NCBI GenBank assembly: GCA_964594115.1 | Contig: CAZQLD010000002.1 | Location: 10,450 to 74,449, forward strand | Source of the DNA: Candidatus Woesearchaeota archaeon | GTDB lineage: Archaea > Nanobdellota > Nanobdellia > Pacearchaeales > GW2011-AR1 | Length of the DNA stretch: 64,000 bases | Direction: 5' to 3' | Part shown: positions 47,865 to 55,533 of the stretch, piece by piece | How the letters are laid out: every line of letters begins with the position of its first letter | Position numbering within the stretch: the first letter of the stretch is position 1 | Position numbers and translations under genes: made by a program | The notes under the pieces: model-generated | Told to the model about the DNA's origin: nothing | Database searches by the model: none | What the model saw: the letters and a program-made list of their open reading frames with translations, nothing else

Positions 47865-48830
47865 ATGGAATTACACGATTTTCTGCCAAAAAAAGAGACA
47901 GAAGAAATAAAAGAAGTTAAAGAGAGCAAGAAGATAGAGAAAATCAGCCAGAACCAGCTTTATGATATGCTGACAAGCAAGGAAGCGAGCTGGCAGGCAA
48001 TTATTTATGAGCTTATTCAAACAGAGCAGCTAGATCCCTGGGATATAGATCTTGCTTTGTTAGCTAAGAAATATTTAGAGAAAATTAAAAAACTAGAAGA
48101 AGCAAACTTTTTTATTTCCAGTAAGGTATTATTAGCTGCATCTCTTCTTTTGAGAATAAAATCAGAAATTCTTCTTAATAGCTACATAAGGAGTTTAGAT
48201 GAGATTTTGTTTGGTAAAAAAGAGGAGAAAAAAACAAGTATGGAGAGAATAGAAATAGATGTGGATGAGCTGCCAGAACTCTTGCCAAGAACCCCCATGC
48301 CCAGATTTAGACAGGTGAGTTTGCAGGAATTAATGTCAGCTTTAAACAAAGCAATAAATACAGAGCACAGAAGAATCAAAAGAGAAATATCTGTGAGACA
48401 GGCAGGAAGACTAGCGCAAGTGGATATTTTAAAGACAAGGGTGAATATACGTGACAGAATAAGAAAAATTTATGCCAAGGTTAGAGTTTATCTGAAAAAG
48501 AAACCTAAAAGCAAAATTAGTTTTACAGAATTAGTTGGCGAGGGAAGAGAAGAAAGACTTGTTTCTTTTCTGCCTTTATTGCATTTAGATAATCAACAAA
48601 AAGTCTGGCTAGAGCAGGAGGAACATTTTGAGGAGATATGGATCTGGCTTTATGAGATATTCAAAAAACAAAGGGCTTTAGATTTTGTTGAAGAAGAGAT
48701 TGAACAGATAGAACAAGAGCTTGATGATGAACAGAGAAAAAGAATTGAGAAAATCAACAAAGATTTTGAAAATCCTCTGGCTAATTTCTTTGATACTGCT
48801 TCTGAATTAATGAAAGGAAAGGTTAAATGA
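47865..48830 (+). CDS. scpA: Segregation/condensation protein A (kleisin)
   Basis: LDPWDIDL..LA.KYL, LLAAS.LLRIKSE, VSLQEL..AL, FLPLLHL...KVWLEQ...F.EI. Confidence 0.9.
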   Translation: MELHDFLPKKETEEIKEVKESKKIEKISQNQLYDMLTSKEASWQAIIYELIQTEQLDPWDIDLALLAKKYLEKIKKLEEANFFISSKVLLAASLLLRIKSEILLNSYIRSLDEILFGKKEEKKTSMERIEIDVDELPELLPRTPMPRFRQVSLQELMSALNKAINTEHRRIKREISVRQAGRLAQVDILKTRVNIRDRIRKIYAKVRVYLKKKPKSKISFTELVGEGREERLVSFLPLLHLDNQQKVWLEQEEHFEEIWIWLYEIFKKQRALDFVEEEIEQIEQELDDEQRKRIEKINKDFENPLANFFDTASELMKGKVK

Positions 48831-48878
48831 ATACTTGAAAACAAAAATTATTATAAAGCTGGTTTCTTATTTTTTTAG

Positions 48879-49250
48879 ATGGAGGAAGAAATAAGGAAGT
48901 ATTTTTCAGGAGGGGCGACAATTTACACTAAGATAGTGCAAACAGACCGTAAGGGAGCTTTTTTATCTGTTATATCATGCACAAGAAAAAAGAAAGATTT
49001 TTTAGAGGAGGAGGTTAGAAATTTTGTTTATGTTAGTGCAGAAAGAGCAAGACAGTTATGGGCGGATTATTTGGAATCTTATGAAACTTGCATTTTTAAA
49101 GATAAAGCACTTCGTTTTTGGCAGAAAAATATTGAAGTTGCAGATAAAGATGATTATAAAGGAAAGGGAGGTAGGATTTTTTGTTTAAAAGCAGAAGAAA
49201 AGGGTATGGCTATTAGTAGTAGAATAATTAAAAGAGAGCCTGTTTTTTGA
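48879..49250 (+). CDS. Hypothetical protein
   Basis: ORF with TATA box. Confidence 0.45.
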   Translation: MEEEIRKYFSGGATIYTKIVQTDRKGAFLSVISCTRKKKDFLEEEVRNFVYVSAERARQLWADYLESYETCIFKDKALRFWQKNIEVADKDDYKGKGGRIFCLKAEEKGMAISSRIIKREPVF

Positions 49251-49258
49251 AGAGAAGA

Positions 49259-49960
49259 TTATTCTTTTTTGGCTATTTGGAAGAAATATTCTACTTCTAC
49301 TTTTTTTGTTAATGGGATAACTTTCTTTTCATAGAACTCAGAAATAAAATCTGGATTAACATGATATCTTGCTCCTTTTGATTTTACTCTTTCTAAAACT
49401 TCTGCTTCTACTTTTTGATTTGTGAGTTTTTCCATTATTCCTGCAGTGTTTCCAGCTCTAATTAATTTATCATATCCTGTGGGATCTTGTTGATATTTTG
49501 CTTCTGCAACCTGCTCTCCTATATGAACTCTTTTTGATAGATTCTGTAGGCAGTTAATATCTGCGATAGCTGCACCTCCATATGTATTGTCATCATCTCC
49601 TATTTTACAGATTGTAGGCAAAGCTTTCATGTATATTTTTAGTAATTCATCATTAAAATTTGTCTTTTTTCTTATTCCAACATCTGTTACTGTTCTTTTT
49701 ACTACAGAGCTAGGAAGGTTTTTATAAAAAGGATGTTCTTCTGGATCCTGATATCTTCCTGCTTGTGCATGAAGTTTTTCTGTTCCTCTAAAAAGAAATT
49801 CAAAAAAACTTCCATCAAAATTAGGTATTTCTACTTCCCCTGAAACATAAATTTTGTTGTTTAATTTAAATCTTGCCCTCCTAAATAAAGAAATAATTAT
49901 ATTATCTTCTAATTCCCTTAGTGTATTTCTTACTCTGTTTAAGTCAACTTTTTGGTTCAT
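49259..49960 (-). CDS. Chorismate mutase, eukaryote/ARO7-type (AroQ-beta)
   Basis: L..VR..L..LED.II, GRY..PEEHPF, DI.CLQ.LSKRVHIG..VAEAKY, LTN..VE..VLERV, VIPLTK.VEVEY match yeast Aro7 signatures. Confidence 0.88.
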   Translation of the reverse strand: MNQKVDLNRVRNTLRELEDNIIISLFRRARFKLNNKIYVSGEVEIPNFDGSFFEFLFRGTEKLHAQAGRYQDPEEHPFYKNLPSSVVKRTVTDVGIRKKTNFNDELLKIYMKALPTICKIGDDDNTYGGAAIADINCLQNLSKRVHIGEQVAEAKYQQDPTGYDKLIRAGNTAGIMEKLTNQKVEAEVLERVKSKGARYHVNPDFISEFYEKKVIPLTKKVEVEYFFQIAKKE

Positions 49961-51114
49961 TCTAGTATAGATTTAATAGGTTTATTTAATATAAACTTTT
50001 CTATATTTTTTCTAGCTTCAGGTAATCTTTTTTGATGGTCTGAAAGCCAGTCTGTTACTTCCTCTATCCCGTATTTTTTACACTCTCCACAAAGCATTGC
50101 TCCTGAAGCGCATTGTTCAGCAACATGATTATCTTGTTCAAAATGATACCTTCTTATAGACTCTATTGGGCATATTTCTGGGACTCCTCCATGTTCTTTT
50201 TGGAAGCGGGCTATTGGACTCCCCCCTGTATAGGCACGTTTAAGAATTCTTTCTGCCTTTTCTGGAGGGTCGGTTAGAAAAATAGCAGAGTCTTGCCTGC
50301 TTGAAGCCATTTTTCCTTTTCCATCAAATCCCCATAAAAATTTTGTTATGAGTTCTGCAGGAGGAATAAATCCTTTTCTTTCTGCTACATCTCTTGCTAA
50401 TAGGATATAAGGATGCTGGTCTATTCCTACTGGAACAAGGGTTGGTTTTTTTCCTCCGAATTCCGCATATTGTGGAAGAAGAATTTGAGCTAATTGAACT
50501 GCTGCTCTGTAAAACAGGGTTCCTGGATTTTCAGTATCAGTTCTTTCATTAAACCCGAAGACTTTAAGTGCTTTATTTAGTGTGAGTTTATCTGATAAGT
50601 CCATAGCAACATTATAAATTGAGGGATAATCAGAATCCACAAAAATATTAGTTTTTTCAGGGTCAAAACCCATTGCAATAATGCTTGGTATAACTTGTTC
50701 ATAAGCAATTTTTCTAGATTCTGCAAGACTTTTTGTTTTTCCTACAACAAAGCTTTCATCATTTGTTAAAGGAATAAAGAGGTCTGCTCCTTGTTTTTGC
50801 ATCCATAAAAGCTCATCAAATATAGCTTTATGGCCAAAATGTAAGGGTCCTGAAGGATTTAATCCAGATATAACTGCCCAGGTTTGTTTATTTGCTATTG
50901 CTTCTGCAATCATCTCTAGGTCTCTGTGTGCAAAAGTTATGTTCATTTTCATATACTTGCTTGGATTAGGGCAATACTTAACAAATCTGATAATTGTTTT
51001 TAGTCCAGACTCTGCTATTTTCTGAGGATAATAAGCTTCTTCTTTTTCTTTAAGCTTAAGCTTTGCCTTATGGTCTTTTTTAGCTATTTTTTCTAAATCT
51101 ATTTTATCTGTCAT
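49957..51114 (-). CDS. trpS: Tryptophan--tRNA ligase-like protein A (anticodon-binding domain intact)
   Basis: SGLNPSGPLHFGH, VPVGIDQHPY..LARD, KMASS, AYTGG..GG.PEIC, LCGECK. Confidence 0.8.
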   Translation of the reverse strand: MTDKIDLEKIAKKDHKAKLKLKEKEEAYYPQKIAESGLKTIIRFVKYCPNPSKYMKMNITFAHRDLEMIAEAIANKQTWAVISGLNPSGPLHFGHKAIFDELLWMQKQGADLFIPLTNDESFVVGKTKSLAESRKIAYEQVIPSIIAMGFDPEKTNIFVDSDYPSIYNVAMDLSDKLTLNKALKVFGFNERTDTENPGTLFYRAAVQLAQILLPQYAEFGGKKPTLVPVGIDQHPYILLARDVAERKGFIPPAELITKFLWGFDGKGKMASSRQDSAIFLTDPPEKAERILKRAYTGGSPIARFQKEHGGVPEICPIESIRRYHFEQDNHVAEQCASGAMLCGECKKYGIEEVTDWLSDHQKRLPEARKNIEKFILNKPIKSILE

Positions 51115-51892
51115 TTTCTATATTTTGTAATAATCCCAAAATAAATTTTATATTTTGGTTTATTAGGTTTATGTTTACATTTGAAATATCATCTTTTGTT
51201 GTCTGCATTTTGTGCCAAGACCCTTCATCATATCTTGTTAATACACTAGCTTCCAAGCCTAATTTTAAGAATGAAATGTTGTCTGCATTTGGGCTATTAG
51301 GAAGTAATGGGATAGTTATGTTTTTTGATTTAGCATGGTTTATGATTAATTTATTAAGTTTTTGACTATTCTCATATTTTTTCCCAGTTTTCTCAAAAAC
51401 TTGAAAATTACCCTTGCCAACTGCTTGGACTATTATTGTTCCATTGTAAGAATCTATAAATTCGATTTCTTTGTTAAGAATATGTTCTAAAAATAATTCA
51501 GAACCTGGTTTAAATTCAGGATTTCTTCTGTTTTTGGCTATAAGATCAGTGTCAAGACCTGCATCAAAATAAATTAGCCTTATATTTACTGGAAATTGCG
51601 AACCAATCAGTTTTTCAGATAATCCTAAGAGAGTAATAACTCCACTAGAATTATTATTTGCTGAAGGCATTCTTTCAAAAGTGTCATAATTTGCTGTTAA
51701 CCATAATTCTTTCTTATGGTTGTAATTGAATGCAACAGAAAGATGAACATCTACTCCTCTTGGAGAATCTAGAGAATAGATAGTGGGTTTTAGTCCTAGT
51801 GAAGCAAGTTCCTCTTTAATAACCCCAAGTCTTTCAGAAGTATTTTTTTCAATAAGTTTTTTTAGTGTTTGATAGTGATTATTTTGTGCCAT
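51104..51892 (-). CDS. M28 peptidase-fold protein with substituted metal ligands
   Basis: TANYDT, SANNNSSG, FDAGLD, ADNISF, MQTTKDD correspond to AHYD, GANDNASG, F.aEE, SDH..F, YHT..D. Confidence 0.7.
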   Translation of the reverse strand: MAQNNHYQTLKKLIEKNTSERLGVIKEELASLGLKPTIYSLDSPRGVDVHLSVAFNYNHKKELWLTANYDTFERMPSANNNSSGVITLLGLSEKLIGSQFPVNIRLIYFDAGLDTDLIAKNRRNPEFKPGSELFLEHILNKEIEFIDSYNGTIIVQAVGKGNFQVFEKTGKKYENSQKLNKLIINHAKSKNITIPLLPNSPNADNISFLKLGLEASVLTRYDEGSWHKMQTTKDDISNVNINLINQNIKFILGLLQNIENDR

Positions 51893-51893
51893 T

Positions 51894-52898
51894 TTAAAAT
51901 TTTGATAACACATTAGTTTCTAGGGACTGTGAAACTTTTTCTTTTAATTGATTAGGATTTATGTTTCCAGAATAAAATTCTTGTGCCAAAGTAACTGGTG
52001 AATCATTTTTTTCTAATCTTTTTCTTGCCATTTCACAAATTAATCCTATATCTAATACAGGATTTGGAAGTTCTGGATTAGTTGATATAAATGAGCTATT
52101 AATTAGTTCTTTTGCATAGTCTAATTGGGTTCTTCCCACCAATATTCTGTGATTTTGGAGTCTTTTACTTCCTCCTTTATAAGCTGTTATTCCGTGATGT
52201 TCTATTCCTTTATTAGAGAAAAAATAATCCCATTTTTTTCCTAATGGAAAAGTCGGAGTTAAAAACAAGGATATTAATCCTCTTGAATTTTCTATTTTTG
52301 CTATTTGTCTTGCAATAGTATCATATAAATCTTCTCTTGGAGGGCCTACTTTTATATCAAGCCCCATAATAGTTGTTATTTCATCAAAAGAGTACATAAA
52401 CCCTTTTGCTCTTTCTAGTTCTAGTTTAGATTTAGGTACACTTTTTTCAATTTTTGCCATTAAGCCAGAATTTGCTTTACAAATCTCCATTACTTTTTTT
52501 AATTCTGTTTGAAATGCTTTTGTGTTAATATAATCACTCATTTTCAATACTTTTAGATTTGTTTTGTATATTTTATTTACAGCAAGAACAAAAGCTGCTC
52601 TTCCTTCTCCTAATCTTTTGTATTTATGTTCAAGTTCTGGAGAAACATTTCTGCATGCTGCACTATCTGCAACCAGAATTGTAGGTTCTGCTTTAAATCC
52701 TTCTTGTGTTAAAGACTGAGCCAGATTTGCAACAAAAAAATAGTATTTCATACTATCAATAGTATGGCCTGTATGATCATAAGTTTCTCCATAAAATAGT
52801 TTAATTGGAGATACTTCTTTTGCTCTTGTTAGAATCTTTTTTATACTGGGAGTTTTTAGGACAATTCCTTTTTGAGATAATAAAGATTGTGGTTTCAT
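51894..52898 (-). CDS. Divergent class Ic aaRS-like (Rossmann-fold) protein 2
   Basis: FYGETYD..GHTIDS, LVADS, YSFDEITT, KVGPPREDLYD, YKGGSK..RI; paralog of the adjacent ORF. Confidence 0.65.
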   Translation of the reverse strand: MKPQSLLSQKGIVLKTPSIKKILTRAKEVSPIKLFYGETYDHTGHTIDSMKYYFFVANLAQSLTQEGFKAEPTILVADSAACRNVSPELEHKYKRLGEGRAAFVLAVNKIYKTNLKVLKMSDYINTKAFQTELKKVMEICKANSGLMAKIEKSVPKSKLELERAKGFMYSFDEITTIMGLDIKVGPPREDLYDTIARQIAKIENSRGLISLFLTPTFPLGKKWDYFFSNKGIEHHGITAYKGGSKRLQNHRILVGRTQLDYAKELINSSFISTNPELPNPVLDIGLICEMARKRLEKNDSPVTLAQEFYSGNINPNQLKEKVSQSLETNVLSKF

Positions 52899-52950
52899 TT
52901 TATTAACTATAAAGTAATTACATATTTAAAAATATATTGGTTTTAGAATA

Positions 52951-53949
52951 TTACTCAAGTCTGTATGGCATCCTGCTTGTCTTTGTTAAGAACTGGTGAT
53001 ATCCTTCTACAGCCTGTTCTCTTAGTGCTTGCTGGTCTAATTTTGGAAGTGTACTAAAATCTGTTTGAGATATTTCTTTTCTTAAGCGATGGCCTGCAAG
53101 ATCTGCTGTGACTATTAAATTTACTAAAGCTCTTTTGTCTGTAGTTGTTCTTATAAGTTCTATAACCTCTTTGGGGTCATCATTTAAAGGGTCTATTCTA
53201 TAATCTCCTAGGCCTTTGCTATTTTTCTTATAAGGCAAAACCCCAAATTTATTTACCCAAGCTCTTTCTCCTTCAGGAATCTCAGGATTTCCAAAAGGCA
53301 GGCAGTTTGTTAGGTGGATTGCAATATATTTTTCAAATCCTATTTGTTCAAAAAACTCTCTTGCAACAAAATCATAAAATATTTCAGATTTTGGCCCAAC
53401 TTTAATATTAGTTTTTAGGGTTTGTATTGTTGCAAGTTCTTCTAAAGGATAATTTATAGCTTCTGGATTTTCTCTTCTATCTTCAGGAATAGCTAGTAGA
53501 ACTTTCTCTTTAAACTCAGGATTTAATTTGATTTCTTCTTTTAATCTTTTTGTGTTTCTTTGATAATCTCCGCCTTTACTTAATTTAGAGGTACGCAAAA
53601 GACAGATATTTCCATGATATATTGTGTTTAAATTTTGCAAGAAGTTTATTCTTTCAAGCCCTTGGGATTTTGCTTGTTCCTGAGCTAGGTCTTTATTTAA
53701 GTCAGTCATAAAATGGTCTGCAATAATCCATTGTGCTTCTGCATTCACACCTTTTTTTGTCAAAAGATCATGCAAGTCCATTAAAAATAGTCCGTACTTC
53801 ATCATATCTAGTGTCTGCCCAGCATCAAATGTCACTCCCATTATTATTTTGGCTTTATCTCCTTTTGAAAATTGTAATATTTCTTTCACATCTAGAATTC
53901 TTGCTACTAGTTCTTTTCTTGATAGATAATTTTCAATTGTTTTATCCAT
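52951..53949 (-). CDS. Divergent class Ic aaRS-like (Rossmann-fold) protein 1
   Basis: IMGVTFDAGQTLDM, IIADH, YPLEELAT, KVGPKSEIFYD, PYKKNSK...RI...DD. Confidence 0.65.
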   Translation of the reverse strand: MDKTIENYLSRKELVARILDVKEILQFSKGDKAKIIMGVTFDAGQTLDMMKYGLFLMDLHDLLTKKGVNAEAQWIIADHFMTDLNKDLAQEQAKSQGLERINFLQNLNTIYHGNICLLRTSKLSKGGDYQRNTKRLKEEIKLNPEFKEKVLLAIPEDRRENPEAINYPLEELATIQTLKTNIKVGPKSEIFYDFVAREFFEQIGFEKYIAIHLTNCLPFGNPEIPEGERAWVNKFGVLPYKKNSKGLGDYRIDPLNDDPKEVIELIRTTTDKRALVNLIVTADLAGHRLRKEISQTDFSTLPKLDQQALREQAVEGYHQFLTKTSRMPYRLE

Positions 53950-53950
53950 T

Positions 53951-55318
53951 TTACGCAATAAGTTTATCTCTCATAGACTCCACCATATTAAACCATTGTG
54001 TTTGGGTTCTTTTTGATGCATCAACAACAGCTTTTTTAGGAGTATTCCAAAATTCTGGCCTAGGAATTGCACCATCAATCTCCCATCCTCCTCCCTGTCC
54101 AATGCTTCTTGTTCTTGATAAAGCATAATCTAAAACTATTTGTCTTTTTTTCTGATGTTCTTTTAGTGCTTCAGGAAGGCTTTCTCTTACTAGTGCAACA
54201 TTATCTTGTCCTGCTTTTTTACAATAATTAATTAAATATTTGTCTATTAACTCAGATTTCTTCTCTGCATCTTGTTCCCTTTTTATATTATTAGGAAGAG
54301 CCTTCAATGCTTCTGGAAAATTAACTTGACTTTTTGCATTAAAAAACTGGATATATCTTACCATATCTAACGCACAATTTTTTACTTCTTTTTTCAATTC
54401 TGGATCTTTAAGTGCATTATCTATTTTTATGATAGAGGACTTTATTCTTGTTTCAATATCTTCTTTATTAGGTCCTGGACCAAGGTATAAAGTGGACTCA
54501 GGCTTACTTGAGCTCATTTTTGGCCCTAATCCTCTCATATGTGGGATGTAAAATCCAGAGGATACTGTTTGAATTCCAGGTAGCTTTAACTTACTTTCAA
54601 ATGCCTTTTTCATTAATTCTATTGCCATTTTCATGTGTCCGTCTTGGTCTTGCCCACTAACCATAAAAGAGTGTTGATTGCTAAAATCTGAATGTTGTGG
54701 GAGTGCTATGTCTCCTACTTGTGCTACTCCTGCAAATAAGAAAGCAAATTTTTTAGATAGTTTATCAAGTCCATAAGTATCAAGTGCAAGGTCAAAACTT
54801 AAACCTCTAGCGAACAAGTATGCTAAATTACCTACTCTAAATTCTTCAGATTGTAAGTAAATATGTGCTGCATCTAGGTCGACTCTGTTTGCTCCCCAGT
54901 CAAGCAGATTATCTGCTGCCCAAAATTTATACTGCTTTTCTGTTAGTTCCGAATCTAACATGCACTCAAGGTCTGCTACTGGCATAAATATTTGGGCTCC
55001 GTTTTTTTGAAAAAACGCAACACCAGAAGAGGTTTGGGTGTGCCCAAAATGAAATGCTCCACTTGGTTTAAATCCAGAGGCAATTCCAAGTGATTTTTCT
55101 TGTTCTAATGCCTTTATTAATTCAGAACCATTTCTCTGTCTAATGGCTCTATTTTCTACAGGAAGCGATATTTCATCAAGTTTAGCTAAAAGAGTGTATA
55201 ATTTTTTACTAGCAGGCTTTCCTTCAGAAGTTAGATAGGCAGCTTCATAACCTCCTGCACCTCCAGCTTGTTTTTCTTCAAATTCTATCATATACCTTTT
55301 AGTTTCTATTTTAGGCAT
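53951..55318 (-). CDS. Tryptophan--tRNA ligase-like protein B (divergent C-terminus)
   Basis: SGFKPSGAFHFGH, VADLE, IYLQS, AQVGDIALPQ, GQDQDGH, KMSSSKP. Confidence 0.8.
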   Translation of the reverse strand: MPKIETKRYMIEFEEKQAGGAGGYEAAYLTSEGKPASKKLYTLLAKLDEISLPVENRAIRQRNGSELIKALEQEKSLGIASGFKPSGAFHFGHTQTSSGVAFFQKNGAQIFMPVADLECMLDSELTEKQYKFWAADNLLDWGANRVDLDAAHIYLQSEEFRVGNLAYLFARGLSFDLALDTYGLDKLSKKFAFLFAGVAQVGDIALPQHSDFSNQHSFMVSGQDQDGHMKMAIELMKKAFESKLKLPGIQTVSSGFYIPHMRGLGPKMSSSKPESTLYLGPGPNKEDIETRIKSSIIKIDNALKDPELKKEVKNCALDMVRYIQFFNAKSQVNFPEALKALPNNIKREQDAEKKSELIDKYLINYCKKAGQDNVALVRESLPEALKEHQKKRQIVLDYALSRTRSIGQGGGWEIDGAIPRPEFWNTPKKAVVDASKRTQTQWFNMVESMRDKLIA

Positions 55319-55390
55319 AAATTCGCATGAAAAGGCACATATAAAAGGATTTCGCGTGTGCAGAGCATATAATAAAGTATATACTTTTAA

Positions 55391-55408
55391 TAGAAAGATT
55401 TAAATATA
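55391..55408 (+). promoter_or_regulatory. BRE/TATA promoter positioned for leaderless translation of the leader peptide
   Basis: AGAAAGA-TTTAAATA; TTTAAA starts at 55399, 29 nt before ATG 55428, the same spacing as the leaderless gene at 1216. Confidence 0.7.
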
Positions 55409-55427
55409 AAAATAAAATTATTTATTC

Positions 55428-55481
55428 ATGAATAGAAAAAGAATGAAGCAAAACACTGGCATACTTTGGTGGTGGAACTAG
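55428..55481 (+). CDS. Putative Trp-sensing leader peptide MNRKRMKQNTGILWWWN
   Basis: ATG...CTT TGG TGG TGG AAC TAG read directly from the sequence; followed by a T8 tract. Confidence 0.75.
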   Translation: MNRKRMKQNTGILWWWN

Positions 55482-55501
55482 TTTTGTGTAGTCTTTTTTT
55501 T
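55482..55501 (+). terminator. Oligo-T tract after the leader peptide (possible conditional terminator)
   Basis: TTTTGTGTAGTCTTTTTTTT between the leader stop codon and the aminotransferase. Confidence 0.45.
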
Positions 55502-55533
55502 ATTAATTCTAATAAAATTTCAAGTTAATAAAA

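Noticed and set aside
55374..55387. Palindrome AAAGTATATACTTT (12-bp core also at 3837-3848) as a shared operator
   Set aside because: AT-rich palindromes are expected by chance here, and it does not match the TrpY TGTACA box.
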